A DNA stretch of 64,000 bases. It comes from an uncultured Bdellovibrionales bacterium. GTDB taxonomy: Bacteria; Pseudomonadota; Alphaproteobacteria; Micavibrionales; GCA-2720935. Made by a program: the position numbers and the translations under genes. Shown here one piece after another: positions 28,883 to 38,872 of this stretch. The DNA lies in assembly GCA_964351525.1 (NCBI GenBank), contig CAYGOD010000002.1, positions 489,135-553,134 on the forward strand, given 5' to 3'. The notes under the pieces are model-generated. The model saw nothing but the letters and a program-made list of their open reading frames with translations, did not search any database and was not told where the DNA came from. Within the stretch, counting starts at the first letter, position 1, and every line of letters starts with the position of its first letter.

Positions 28883-29006
28883 GGGGATGGGGGCTTTTTA
28901 TATTTTTAAAAGAAACGATGCGGTGATCTATAGGTAGCGAGAATATCATACCCTCAGTCGGATATTATTGCATCTGATTTTTAATGGATTATTACGTTAA
29001 TTATTC

Positions 29007-29035
29007 TTGAATTTGCCATATTAAATATCTATAGT
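29007..29035 (+). promoter_or_regulatory. putative promoter abutting the start codon of the 469-aa orphan (leaderless candidate)
   Basis: TTGAAT (29007-29012), 17 nt, TATAGT (29030-29035), then 7 nt to ATG 29043. No Shine-Dalgarno is present. Confidence 0.3.
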
Positions 29036-29042
29036 AAAAAAC

Positions 29043-30452
29043 ATGTCTAGTATTATTGATTTTAACACCCATATGGCGATAGAAAGCGGTAATAAATCCC
29101 GCTATTCATTATCCGATATTCTCTATCGCATTATTGCCGATAAATCAGAGGATTTCTTTGCCCATCATGACTTGATGGTCACACAAAGTGATGGATATGA
29201 TAATACAGGTGATATTGATTTATTAAATTTACACGCGGTTAATCCCAAGGATTTACCATCATTGCCGCCCGTTATGGCTTTGTCTTCTGCGGCAAATACA
29301 GAAACATTTATGTCTGTATTGCAAGATTTGACGGGACTTTACGCCAGCTCTGAAAATCATCTTGAACAGGTTAAGCGCGGTAACGCTCGAATTAATAAAA
29401 CAATGATACAGCATTTTGACTGTAGCGCGCTAAGCGCTCTTGATCCAGCAACGGCAAAACGCATTAGTGAACAGATATTATCACCAAACAAAGAGATCAC
29501 TATTATGGTGTCTGGTCTTGATATTGTTACGCAAACGGTAACTCCCGATCAAATTAAGCATAAAGGTGATGCCGCTTTTTCAAAAATGATTGTGCGGGCC
29601 TCTTTGGCGGCGGCTATGAAAGATCAAGCACGTAGCGGTTTAATTGTGTTGACGGGTGAAACAAGGACTCTTGATGATTTTTTATATGCGTCACCATTGA
29701 ATGATTTTTACGATAATTTATTCTCATCAGAAACTGAAAATGGCGTTTATAAGCGTTATCAATATTTGAAATATTGTTTGAAAGACCAAGAGATTCGAAA
29801 AAAAATAGATCGTTCTTTTTGTGGTTTAGACGGTGTTAATCAGGCAATTTTCTTTAAAGAATTTGAAGCGCGTATTCGTCCATTATTAATTGATGATGGT
29901 GCTCTGCGTCTTATGGTTGATGGCCCTTATGCTATCCCTAAAAATATTGGTCTAGATCTTATTTTAAGCGTCTATAGCTTATTTGATAAAGAGCACTTCC
30001 GATTAACACAACAGGCCAGTCACATGTTCGGTAATGTTGTAACGATGATGGGTATTTCTTATGATGATATTCATGCCAAGGGTAGTGATGTTCATAGTGC
30101 GCAAGGCGTAATAGATATTTTAGCTGCCGAAGTTATGGGCGAGGCCATTGACCGTTTGGGACGCGATGCAAAATTATCAGATGACCCACATAAAGACAGG
30201 TTTGATATTAATATCTTTAATATTTTAAATAGCGCAACGGGCAGTCGCCATGCAACATTTGAAAAAATTGTGATTAAGTCAGAAGATGTTTACCGCGCCG
30301 CCGTCTCTTTGGCGGGACATTCATTTTTTGGTTACAGCCTTATAAATGAAATGAAAGACAGATTACAATCAATGAGAGCAAGACTTGCTGAGGATAAAGA
30401 CAAGCCGAATAAGATCATGCCTGTATCTTATGGATCATCTAAACCATCATAA
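29043..30452 (+). CDS. hypothetical protein (orphan)
   Basis: 469-aa uninterrupted ORF with no competing ORF. Soluble, with no motif I recognise. Confidence 0.65.
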   Translation: MSSIIDFNTHMAIESGNKSRYSLSDILYRIIADKSEDFFAHHDLMVTQSDGYDNTGDIDLLNLHAVNPKDLPSLPPVMALSSAANTETFMSVLQDLTGLYASSENHLEQVKRGNARINKTMIQHFDCSALSALDPATAKRISEQILSPNKEITIMVSGLDIVTQTVTPDQIKHKGDAAFSKMIVRASLAAAMKDQARSGLIVLTGETRTLDDFLYASPLNDFYDNLFSSETENGVYKRYQYLKYCLKDQEIRKKIDRSFCGLDGVNQAIFFKEFEARIRPLLIDDGALRLMVDGPYAIPKNIGLDLILSVYSLFDKEHFRLTQQASHMFGNVVTMMGISYDDIHAKGSDVHSAQGVIDILAAEVMGEAIDRLGRDAKLSDDPHKDRFDINIFNILNSATGSRHATFEKIVIKSEDVYRAAVSLAGHSFFGYSLINEMKDRLQSMRARLAEDKDKPNKIMPVSYGSSKPS

Positions 30453-30461
30453 TTCACAATA

Positions 30462-30489
30462 AAGGCAATAATGAATGGTGCCTTTTTTT
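30462..30489 (+). terminator. possible weak terminator after the 469-aa gene
   Basis: AAGGCA / TGCCTT 6-bp stem with an 11-nt loop, followed by T7 (30483-30489). The short stem lowers confidence. Confidence 0.35.
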
Positions 30490-30800
30490 GCATGAAAGGT
30501 ACTTTTGGTATGTGTTTTTGGAAAATGACGGCCCTGAACAAGAAAGTGGGGTCTGCACTTAAGCAGATCCCCAAACCATTCCCGTTCAACTTAGCCATCT
30601 TCATGCTACCTAACTGAATTAAATGAGTCAATTCAAGGCTTTATATTTCTACGGGATTCTGTCTAAAAAAGCGCAGAAAGCAATAATATTACAAAAACGA
30701 CATAAAAGAATCAGTTTTAGCGCAATATTATAAGAAAGGAATCGAACGGTTGATTCTTTTCGATCAAATTTTGAATCTAATCTTACACACCGCTTGTATC

Positions 30801-32456
30801 TTAAGCTTTTTTATTCGGCATAGATTTATTTGCTGAGGGCTTTTGGACGAGCGGTGTCGCTTCACCTGCGCGCTCTAAGATGGGATAAGCAACGGCAGCA
30901 ATATGGCTGTTAATGCGCTTAAAGTCACGGATGATATCCATATGCATTGAGCTGGTTGATAATGTTTCGCTATTGCCTTCACGCATGCGCTCCATGTGAC
31001 TTTTTGTTGTGCGTAATTCGGCGGCGCGGAATGATTTCTTTTCTTTAAGCAAGCGCTTGGCAGCTTTTACATCACCAGAGACAAACGCATTGCATGATGC
31101 TTTCAGGTTACTGACGACTGATTTATGCATCGCTTTAATCTCGCCAAAACCTTCTTCGGAAAAAGTGCGTTGATGATGAATTTTTTTCTCTGCTAATTCC
31201 ATGACATTTTTGACAACAATATCACCGATATGTTCCATATTGGTCGCAAAGGCGAAGACCTCCATAAAGCGTGCAGAATGTTTATTATCAAATTCATCTT
31301 CTGATAAGCGAACCAGATAGCGTTTGATATGAGAAAATAATGTATCAACCGTATCATCTAAATTACGGACATGGTTGACTTGTTCTTTATCATTGGTTTC
31401 AAATGGCTTGATGCTTTCTTTTAGCATGTTCAAAACCATGTCACCTAAACGCAAGGCCTCACGACTTGCACAGGCAAGCGCCGCCGTTGGGTTATCAATC
31501 AGCTTCATATCTAAATATTGCGGTGTAGCGGGATCATCATCTTTGAGAGTATTGGGAATAATTTTTTTCGTGAGTGATGCAATAAAAGGCACGATGGGTA
31601 AAAAGAAGAGCGCCATAACAAGGTTAAACGCCGTGTGAAAATTCACGATCGCACGCTCATCCCCTAAAATGCCCGATGCCATTAATGCGGGTAACTGATC
31701 TAGGAATAAAAGGCAGGCAAAGCCAAACAGTAAACGCATCAGGAGATTCCCAAAGGTCACGCGGAAAGTCGTAATGCCCATTTTAGCGGTGATTACAACG
31801 GGGGCCAGACCACTACCAATGTTTGAGCCAATAATCATAACAATACCAAGTTCGGTTGAAACAATATTCGCACTGACCAATGCCATTGTTAATAATACAA
31901 AAGCAAGGCTGGAATGAAGTAACCATGTGAGCGCAGCGGCCAAGATAAGGGCGAAGATAGGATCTTCCGCCAAAGGCTCAAACAAAAGCTTAATGATAGG
32001 GGATTCGCGTAATTCATAAGGGCCAGATACAATCATCTCTAGTGCCATAAACAGAAATCCTAAGCCTAAAAGGATGCGCCCAATATTCTTGCCTTTTGTT
32101 GTCTTGCCATAGACAGCAGTAACAAAAACACCAGCAATCAACAAAATGGGCATAAGCCACGATAAATCAAGGCTGACGAATTGAGCAACGAGGGTTGTCC
32201 CAACATTCGCACCCAACATGATCGCCAAAGCCATGGATAATTTAATAAGGCCTTGCCCCGCAAAGGATGAGACGACGAGGGCGGTGGCATTCGAGCTTTG
32301 TAAAAGGGTTGTAACGCCCATACCGCTGAACGCCGCAAAGACACGGTTTTGTGTGCTTTTTTCTAAAACAGCATTAAGGCGATAACCAAAGGCTTTAACC
32401 ATGCCTTTTTTAACCATGCCAACAGCCCAGATTAAAAGACAGATCCCTGCAATCAT
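30801..32456 (-). CDS. Na+/phosphate cotransporter family protein with C-terminal PhoU-like domain (YjbB/NptA type)
   Basis: 551 aa. The N-terminus aligns with E. coli YjbB (LLIWAVGMVKKGMVKAFGYRLNAVL vs LLVWGTHIVRTGVMRVFGARLRTVL). QSSNAT motif. The true start may be upstream (see the ATT finding). Confidence 0.85.
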   Translation of the reverse strand: MIAGICLLIWAVGMVKKGMVKAFGYRLNAVLEKSTQNRVFAAFSGMGVTTLLQSSNATALVVSSFAGQGLIKLSMALAIMLGANVGTTLVAQFVSLDLSWLMPILLIAGVFVTAVYGKTTKGKNIGRILLGLGFLFMALEMIVSGPYELRESPIIKLLFEPLAEDPIFALILAAALTWLLHSSLAFVLLTMALVSANIVSTELGIVMIIGSNIGSGLAPVVITAKMGITTFRVTFGNLLMRLLFGFACLLFLDQLPALMASGILGDERAIVNFHTAFNLVMALFFLPIVPFIASLTKKIIPNTLKDDDPATPQYLDMKLIDNPTAALACASREALRLGDMVLNMLKESIKPFETNDKEQVNHVRNLDDTVDTLFSHIKRYLVRLSEDEFDNKHSARFMEVFAFATNMEHIGDIVVKNVMELAEKKIHHQRTFSEEGFGEIKAMHKSVVSNLKASCNAFVSGDVKAAKRLLKEKKSFRAAELRTTKSHMERMREGNSETLSTSSMHMDIIRDFKRINSHIAAVAYPILERAGEATPLVQKPSANKSMPNKKA

Positions 32457-32564
32457 TGTAAGTAATAAAGCTGAACTTGAAATAGCGCGTGCCTCCTAAT
32501 GAATAAGATGCTAATAATAGAGCCTATTGATTATAAATTCAAACACCAACTTGTTTTAGATTCT

Positions 32565-33362
32565 ATGCCCTTAATGACGCTTATCATATTGGCCGCTATT
32601 CAAGGTCTGACAGAGTTCCTCCCTGTATCATCAAGTGGGCATTTAGTTTTTATGCCACAATTTTTTAATATGACCGATCAAGGCCTAGAAATTGATGTTG
32701 CGGTTCATTTGGGCAGTGTATTTGCCGTCATTCTTTATTTTTACCGAGATGTTTTTGGTCTTTTTACAGGCCTGTTTGATTATTTCACCTGTCGCAGAAC
32801 TGATAACGCACGCTTAATGGAAATGGTTGTTATTGCCACTGTTCCTATTTTAATTGCTGGCGCGTTATTGCATTCCTTTATACCAAATGGCATTCGTTCG
32901 GTTGAGGTTATAGGTTGGGCAACGTTGATTTTTGGTGTTGTGCTGGGCATTTCTGATCGTTGTGATTTTAATGACAGCGCAATCGAAAAGAAAACAAACG
33001 GTGCGGCTTTTTTCATCGGCTTGGCTCAGATTCTGGCGCTTATTCCAGGGACAAGCCGTTCTGGTATTACGATGACGGCGGCGCGTTTTTTAAAGATAAA
33101 TCGTGTCCAAGCAGGACGCTTTTCGATGCTCCTCTCAATTCCCACAATCTTGGCCGCGTCCTTAATAACGGGCTATGATGCTTATCAAGAGGGCGACACT
33201 CAGTCATATACTGATATGATTTATGCGGTTATGATCTCTTTTGTCACAGCATTTGCCGCGATTCACTTCTTTATGCGGTGGATTTCTAAATTTTCCTTTA
33301 TGCCCTTTGTCGTCTATCGTATTGTCTTAGGGATTGGCATATTGGCTTATATCTATATTTAA
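32565..33362 (+). CDS. uppP: undecaprenyl-diphosphate phosphatase
   Basis: Start taken at MPLMTLIILAAIQGLTEFLPVSSSGHL, the family N-terminus. PGTSRSG motif. The tracked ORF begins 22 codons earlier, but that part is not conserved-looking. Confidence 0.85.
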   Translation: MPLMTLIILAAIQGLTEFLPVSSSGHLVFMPQFFNMTDQGLEIDVAVHLGSVFAVILYFYRDVFGLFTGLFDYFTCRRTDNARLMEMVVIATVPILIAGALLHSFIPNGIRSVEVIGWATLIFGVVLGISDRCDFNDSAIEKKTNGAAFFIGLAQILALIPGTSRSGITMTAARFLKINRVQAGRFSMLLSIPTILAASLITGYDAYQEGDTQSYTDMIYAVMISFVTAFAAIHFFMRWISKFSFMPFVVYRIVLGIGILAYIYI

Positions 33363-33396
33363 CGACCTAATACTTAAACGATGAACGGGGATTACT

Positions 33397-35430
33397 ATGA
33401 TACAGAATTTTTCTAAAACACTGGCGATTGCGGGCCTTGGTCTCTTATTATCAACATCATCGCTATCTGCCAATGAATTACCCGTTAAACATGTAACCTT
33501 ATCCAGTGCAGGACTTGTGCAATTACATCATGAAGGCCAAGTTGAAAAATCAGATACATTGGAAATTGCTGTACCTTTAGATCAGGTCGATGATGTCCTG
33601 AAAAGCTTGGTTATCATGGATAAACAAGGACAGCTTGTTTCTGTGAATTTACCAGGAAAAACACCTTTAGAACAAAATTTCAAAAACTTACCTTTCTCGG
33701 CGGCTGACCTACAGGAAACGGGGTCTTTCTTAAAGACCTTGCAAGGCGTTCATGTCTCTATCGACAGTCAAGACGGCGACTATGAGGGGCGTATCGTCAC
33801 GGTTGAGGAAGAACTAACAACGACGCAAGACGGTGAGGCAGTGCGCTACCGCGTCGTATTACTTAGTAGCGAGGGTATTGTTAATCTTTTCCTTGATGAT
33901 GTCCGTGTCATTGATATTAAAGACAAAGCCCAAAAAGATTTATACCAGCAAGCGTTAAACAGTATCGTAGAAGGCAAAGCCAAAACCAACCGTACTTTAA
34001 CTGTTGCTCTAGAGGGTGATAAAAAACGTGATGTGTCTTATTCTTATGTGGTTGAAGCACCTTTGTGGAAAACCGCTTATCGTCTGGTTGTGCCCAATGC
34101 TGGTGAGAAAAAAGGCTTTATTCAAGGCTGGGGTGTTTTAGAAAATATGACAGGGCAAGATTGGGATAATGTTTCTTTAACACTGACCTCTGGCGCGCCG
34201 GTTACTTATCAACAAGCTTTATATGAGAGTTATTACTCTGAGCGACCAATATTACCAGTTGAGGTTTTTGGTAAGATTATGCCACGCCGCGATGACGGTG
34301 TTGTTGTATCTAACCGTTCAGCAAACGGTAAATCAGCCGCGCGCGGTATGGTTCGTTCTAAGGCTCTTAATTTTATGGCGAATGATATGGCAGAAGAAAG
34401 CATGATGTCTTTGTCTGCTGCACCGCAAATGGCTTCTGATTCAATCGTTAAAATGGGTGGTCAAACAAAGGTCTCTGATGATACCGCGATGATCCGCTTT
34501 ACTTTGCCACAAAAGATATCATTAAAGGCGGGGCATTCAATGATGGTTCCCTTTATTAACAAGGATATTTTAATGGATGCCATCCATGTCTATCAGCCAG
34601 ATACGCATCGCGATCATCCCTTGGCTTCGGTGTCCTTTAATAATAATGCGGGGCATGCGCTACCGCCTGGAATTATAACCTTATATGATAAAGACGGTTA
34701 TGTTGGCGATGCACAAATGCCAATCGTTGCGGATGGTGATGATCGTTTCATCTCTTATGCATTGGACACGAAAACAAAGATTAACAGCCAAGTCAGTTTT
34801 GATCGCCAAGAATTAAGCATCAAGCGTGTTGATGGTGTGTTAAAAGTCAGCGTCAAGCAAGTCGAGAAAACAACTTATGATCTTAAAGCCCCGAAAAATG
34901 AAACACGCCACATCGTTTTGGAAAAACCAAAACAAGCTGGCTGGGAGTTAATAGGCACTAATATTGAAAAAATTGAAGAAACCAAGAGTCATTGGCGCAT
35001 TCACGTGAAACTTGAAAAGGGTGAAGAAAAAAACATTTCTGTCCTAAAGGGTAAAACCACACTAGAAGTGCTAAGCCTTAACAATCTTGATCCACAGCGC
35101 CTTGATCGCCTAAGTCTGATGAATATGGATGATGCGGCAAAGAAAGCGTTCAAAATATTAGCGGATAAAAAACGTCAATTGGCAAAATTACAGCGCGATG
35201 TTTCAAACTATGAGCAACAAATCCGTACAATCGAAAATGGTCAAGAGCGCATTCGTCAGAATTATAAAACAGTCCCTGCAAAATCTGATCTTGCCGCGCG
35301 CTATTTGTCACAGCTAGAAGAACAAGAAGATAGTCTTGATAGCTTACGCAAGTCACTAGACAAGGCGCGCAATCAAAAGCGTGACGTGGAAAATGATTTT
35401 AAAGATATGTTAGCTGATATTAAGATTTAA
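33397..35430 (+). CDS. DUF4139-domain exported protein (MuiA-like) with C-terminal coiled coil
   Basis: 677 aa with a signal peptide. LWKTAYRLVV...GWGVLENMTGQDWDNVSLTLTSGAPVTY matches the DUF4139 core pattern. The last ~110 aa are heptad-like. Confidence 0.75.
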   Translation: MIQNFSKTLAIAGLGLLLSTSSLSANELPVKHVTLSSAGLVQLHHEGQVEKSDTLEIAVPLDQVDDVLKSLVIMDKQGQLVSVNLPGKTPLEQNFKNLPFSAADLQETGSFLKTLQGVHVSIDSQDGDYEGRIVTVEEELTTTQDGEAVRYRVVLLSSEGIVNLFLDDVRVIDIKDKAQKDLYQQALNSIVEGKAKTNRTLTVALEGDKKRDVSYSYVVEAPLWKTAYRLVVPNAGEKKGFIQGWGVLENMTGQDWDNVSLTLTSGAPVTYQQALYESYYSERPILPVEVFGKIMPRRDDGVVVSNRSANGKSAARGMVRSKALNFMANDMAEESMMSLSAAPQMASDSIVKMGGQTKVSDDTAMIRFTLPQKISLKAGHSMMVPFINKDILMDAIHVYQPDTHRDHPLASVSFNNNAGHALPPGIITLYDKDGYVGDAQMPIVADGDDRFISYALDTKTKINSQVSFDRQELSIKRVDGVLKVSVKQVEKTTYDLKAPKNETRHIVLEKPKQAGWELIGTNIEKIEETKSHWRIHVKLEKGEEKNISVLKGKTTLEVLSLNNLDPQRLDRLSLMNMDDAAKKAFKILADKKRQLAKLQRDVSNYEQQIRTIENGQERIRQNYKTVPAKSDLAARYLSQLEEQEDSLDSLRKSLDKARNQKRDVENDFKDMLADIKI

Positions 35431-36002
35431 CCGGTAAAGCGGATAAATTCTATCTTGGTTGAGCCATAAATGCGTTCATCCAGCACGGTAAAGCCCGTTG
35501 GAATGGTCTCTGGCTTTTTGACATCACTTTCAACGATGCATAATGCGTCTGGGCTTAGGACGCCGCTATCACGCAAATTCTCCATGGTGGATGTACCAAA
35601 GCCACGACCATAGGGCGGATCAATAAAGACCAAATCAAATTCACGCCGACCAATATAATATTTTTTTGTTGAATCATGTTTGGCAATAATACACTTGCCG
35701 TGTGCTTGTAGCGCATCAATATTGGCGGTGGTAATTTTTAACGCATCTTGTGCCTTGTCACAGAAATAACAAAACTCTGCGCCGTTTGACAGGGCTTCAA
35801 TCCCTAAAGCACCCGTGCCACAATACGCATCCAAAACATGGGATGCTTCAAACCCGTCAAAGATCGGGTTGCCATCATGGTCTGTCCCGTGATGTAGGAT
35901 ATTAAAAAGAGATTGGCGCACACGATCACTGGTTGGTCTTGTGTTATTGCCTTGGGGCGATTTAATCGGGCGACCCGCCCATTGTCCACTTGTTACACGC
36001 AT
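35427..36002 (-). CDS. rsmD: 16S rRNA (guanine966-N2)-methyltransferase
   Basis: 191 aa. RPTSDRVRQSLFNIL, DAYCGTGALGIEALSNGA and FIDPPY motifs. Confidence 0.85.
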   Translation of the reverse strand: MRVTSGQWAGRPIKSPQGNNTRPTSDRVRQSLFNILHHGTDHDGNPIFDGFEASHVLDAYCGTGALGIEALSNGAEFCYFCDKAQDALKITTANIDALQAHGKCIIAKHDSTKKYYIGRREFDLVFIDPPYGRGFGTSTMENLRDSGVLSPDALCIVESDVKKPETIPTGFTVLDERIYGSTKIEFIRFTG

Positions 36003-36034
36003 TATTCTTAAGCTTATTGTTTATTTTCGGTTAT

Positions 36035-36817
36035 CTATTTTTGGCTGTCTTTGAAATATTGACTTAATTGTTCTTTTAAGACCTTGCCGGTGACTTCTTC
36101 GATATGACCCTTGGGCATGTTGCCTAATTGGAAAGGGCCATATGACATACGAATAAGGCGGTTAACCTGTAGGTCAAAATGTTCGAAAACCTTACGGATT
36201 TCACGGTTTTTCCCCTCAAGCAAGCCAACGTTAAACCATGTGTTATGCCCTTGCTCTTTATCAAGCGTGATTTCAATAGAACCATATTTAATACCATCAA
36301 TCGTGATGCCATCAATCAATTTTTCAAGTTCTTGTAAATTATAACGCCCATGCGCACGCACACGGTAACGGCGCTTCCATCCCGTTGATGGATGTTCCAA
36401 ATGGCGTGATAATGCGCCGTCATTGGTAAGGAGCAAAAGCCCTTCTGTATTATAATCTAATCGTCCAACAGAGATAATATGTTTGATGTCTTTCGATAGT
36501 TTTTGATGAATGTCTTGAAAAACGGTTGGACGGTCTTTTTCATCATTATGAGAGGTGATAAAACCCGCTTGTTTATGATAACGCCATAATTGAGTTTCCG
36601 TACCGCGACTTATTGCGCGCCCATCGACCACAATGCGATCGGCATCGGTCACAAAGGTTGCTGGCGTTTTAATTTGTTTTCCATTAACGGACACATCGCC
36701 TTGCTCAATCTTGCGCTCTGCTTCACGGCGTGAACAGATGCCCGCGCGTGCGATTACTTTTGCAATGCGGTCACCCACTGGTTTTTCGTTACTGGATTTT
36801 GTATTATTCGGTTGCAT
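36035..36817 (-). CDS. RsuA/RluB-family pseudouridine synthase with S4 domain
   Basis: 260 aa. S4 domain RIAKVIARAGICSRREAERKIEQGDVSVNG. Catalytic VGRLDYNTEGLLLLTNDG. Confidence 0.85.
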   Translation of the reverse strand: MQPNNTKSSNEKPVGDRIAKVIARAGICSRREAERKIEQGDVSVNGKQIKTPATFVTDADRIVVDGRAISRGTETQLWRYHKQAGFITSHNDEKDRPTVFQDIHQKLSKDIKHIISVGRLDYNTEGLLLLTNDGALSRHLEHPSTGWKRRYRVRAHGRYNLQELEKLIDGITIDGIKYGSIEITLDKEQGHNTWFNVGLLEGKNREIRKVFEHFDLQVNRLIRMSYGPFQLGNMPKGHIEEVTGKVLKEQLSQYFKDSQK

Positions 36818-36846
36818 TTCTTTGTGCCTCGCTTAAATCTATATCT

Positions 36847-37329
36847 ATGACCTTTTGTAGCACACCCGACACCGATCATAAAGCCTATATGCGCATTGCT
36901 TTGGACGAAGCGCGAAAAGCATCCTTAAAGGGCGAAGTTCCCGTTGGCGCGGTTTTGGTACACAAAGGTAAAATCCTTTATCAAGGCGGCAATATTGTTG
37001 AAACACGCAAAGACCCCTCCGGCCATGCGGAGATTGTCGCTATTCGTACGGCATCAGAGATTTTAAATGAAAAACGCCTACCAGAATGTGATCTTTATGT
37101 TACGCTAGAGCCATGTACAATGTGTGCTGGTGCGATTGCCCACGCCCGTATAAAGCGCATTATTTTCGCCGCAACGGATGAAAAAGGCGGTGCAGTGACA
37201 TCGGGGGTCAAATTCTTTGATCAACCGACATGCCACCATCACCCTGAAATCATTGTATTACAAGATATGGCATTAGAGGCCGGGCAGTTATTAAAAGATT
37301 TTTTTAAAGAGAGAAGAAAAAATACTTAA
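36847..37329 (+). CDS. tadA: tRNA adenosine(34) deaminase
   Basis: Start taken at MTFCSTPD... (ATG 36847). HAEIVAIR and LEPCTMCAGAI zinc motifs. The longer tracked ORF overlaps the divergent pseudouridine synthase gene. Confidence 0.85.
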   Translation: MTFCSTPDTDHKAYMRIALDEARKASLKGEVPVGAVLVHKGKILYQGGNIVETRKDPSGHAEIVAIRTASEILNEKRLPECDLYVTLEPCTMCAGAIAHARIKRIIFAATDEKGGAVTSGVKFFDQPTCHHHPEIIVLQDMALEAGQLLKDFFKERRKNT

Positions 37330-38697
37330 ATGAGTGATTTATTTGATCCACCAGTAAATAATCAGCCATCCATGACGAATGTGCCAGAGTTCAGCGTGTC
37401 CGATTTAAGCCTGAATTTAAAAGCTATGGTTGAAGGGGCATTTTCGCATGTACGTGTGCGCGGTGAATTGTCACGCGTAACGATTGCCAAATCGGGGCAT
37501 TGTTATTCCAGTATCAAAGATGATAATGCCGTTTTAGACGCGATTATTTGGCGCGGCACCATGAGTAAGATCTCTGTTCAGCCAGAAGAGGGATTAGAGG
37601 TCGTCGTAACGGGACGCTTAACAACCTATCCAGGGCGATCAAATTATCAAATTATTATCGAAGATATGGCCTTGGCAGGCCAGGGCGCATTGCTGAAAAT
37701 GCTAGAAGAGCGCCGCAAGAAGTTACAAGCAGAAGGCTTGTTTGATAGTGCACGTAAAAAACAACTCCCCACAATGCCAACGCGTATCGGCGTTATTACG
37801 TCGCCTACGGGGGCGGTAATTCGCGATATTCTACATCGCTTACAAGATCGTTTTCCGTGTCATGTCATGTTATACCCCGTTAATGTTCAAGGTGCGGGTG
37901 CGGCGGCGCAGGTGATTAAGGCGTTAAAATCTTTTGAAACGTTAAAAGAACATAATCCAGAGGCCGCACCAGATTTATTAATTGTTGCGCGCGGCGGTGG
38001 CTCGATAGAGGATTTAATGCCGTTTAATGATGAAGCCATGGTGCGTGCCATTGCGGCATCATCTTATCCTATTATTTCTGCGATTGGGCATGAAACGGAC
38101 ACAACTTTAGTTGATTATGCTGCTGATTTACGCGCGCCAACACCCACGGGCGCGGCAGAAATGGCCGTTCCCGTGCGCGCAGAAATGTTGCGTACAATAG
38201 AAGAGGTTAATTTAAGGCTGGGCAGGGCGATGGACCGTCATATTGACCGCAAAAAATCAATGATTGCCACAATGGCGCGTGGTCTTATCCACCCAAGACA
38301 GCGTATTGAAAATGTAACACAGCGCCTTGATATGGCGATAGAACGCCTAGCACGCTCAAAATTTCAAATGTTCGATCATCGTAAATCACGCGTATCAGGA
38401 TTGGCGTCACAATTAAAACACCCCCAAGATATGATTAAACTATCAACACTACGCCTAGAAAATCAAGGAAAACGACTTTCTGAACGTGTTCAAACCCAGA
38501 TGACACAGGCACAAACAAGATTTGAAGCCAAGATTCGTTTGCTTGAGAGTTTTTCCTATAAATCAGTCCTCAAACGAGGATTTGCCGTCATAAAAGACAG
38601 TGATTCTGGGCAAATTATTAAAGATTTTTCAAAAACCACCCCGCAAATGACCATTACCCTGCATGATGGTGATGTTAGCGTTAAAAAGATTTCTTAA
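37330..38697 (+). CDS. xseA: exodeoxyribonuclease VII large subunit
   Basis: 455 aa. OB-fold N-terminus VRGELSRV...SGHCYSSIKD, GVITSPTGAVIRDI and ARGGGSIEDL motifs. Starts directly after the tadA stop. Confidence 0.9.
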   Translation: MSDLFDPPVNNQPSMTNVPEFSVSDLSLNLKAMVEGAFSHVRVRGELSRVTIAKSGHCYSSIKDDNAVLDAIIWRGTMSKISVQPEEGLEVVVTGRLTTYPGRSNYQIIIEDMALAGQGALLKMLEERRKKLQAEGLFDSARKKQLPTMPTRIGVITSPTGAVIRDILHRLQDRFPCHVMLYPVNVQGAGAAAQVIKALKSFETLKEHNPEAAPDLLIVARGGGSIEDLMPFNDEAMVRAIAASSYPIISAIGHETDTTLVDYAADLRAPTPTGAAEMAVPVRAEMLRTIEEVNLRLGRAMDRHIDRKKSMIATMARGLIHPRQRIENVTQRLDMAIERLARSKFQMFDHRKSRVSGLASQLKHPQDMIKLSTLRLENQGKRLSERVQTQMTQAQTRFEAKIRLLESFSYKSVLKRGFAVIKDSDSGQIIKDFSKTTPQMTITLHDGDVSVKKIS

Positions 38698-38872
38698 GTC
38701 ATAAAAATAAAAAATATTATATTTCAATGCGATAGGCATTATTTTCGATAATATTTTTAACTTATGAAAACTTATCTAAAATCCCACCTATTATTTACCA
38801 TATAAAAAACATACTCCTGTAAACTTAATTTATAGTCGAAGAAGTAGTTATGGGGAACTATTGGGGTAAATA

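Noticed and set aside
30738-30760. The GGAATCGAACGG motif (reverse complement CCGTTCGATTCC) resembles a tRNA T-loop, hinting at a tRNA or tRNA fragment (a possible integration scar) in the 348-bp spacer.
   Set aside because: The flanks cannot be folded into a T-arm with a 7-nt loop, an acceptor stem or an anticodon arm. It is just a 5-bp GAATC/GATTC hairpin. No integrase or direct repeat lies nearby.
36730-36846. N-terminal 39-codon extension of tadA in the ORF track. Similar extensions occur for mltA (13692-13775), the Tim44-like gene (14390-14434), the PSRP gene (18651-18668), the CaCA gene (23836-23874), uppP (32499-32564) and ctaA (52779-52979).
   Set aside because: The extensions overlap neighbouring genes or promoters and lack family-typical sequence. 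Internal ATGs give the conserved N-termini (lipobox, TM anchor, LTEFLPVSSSGH and so on).
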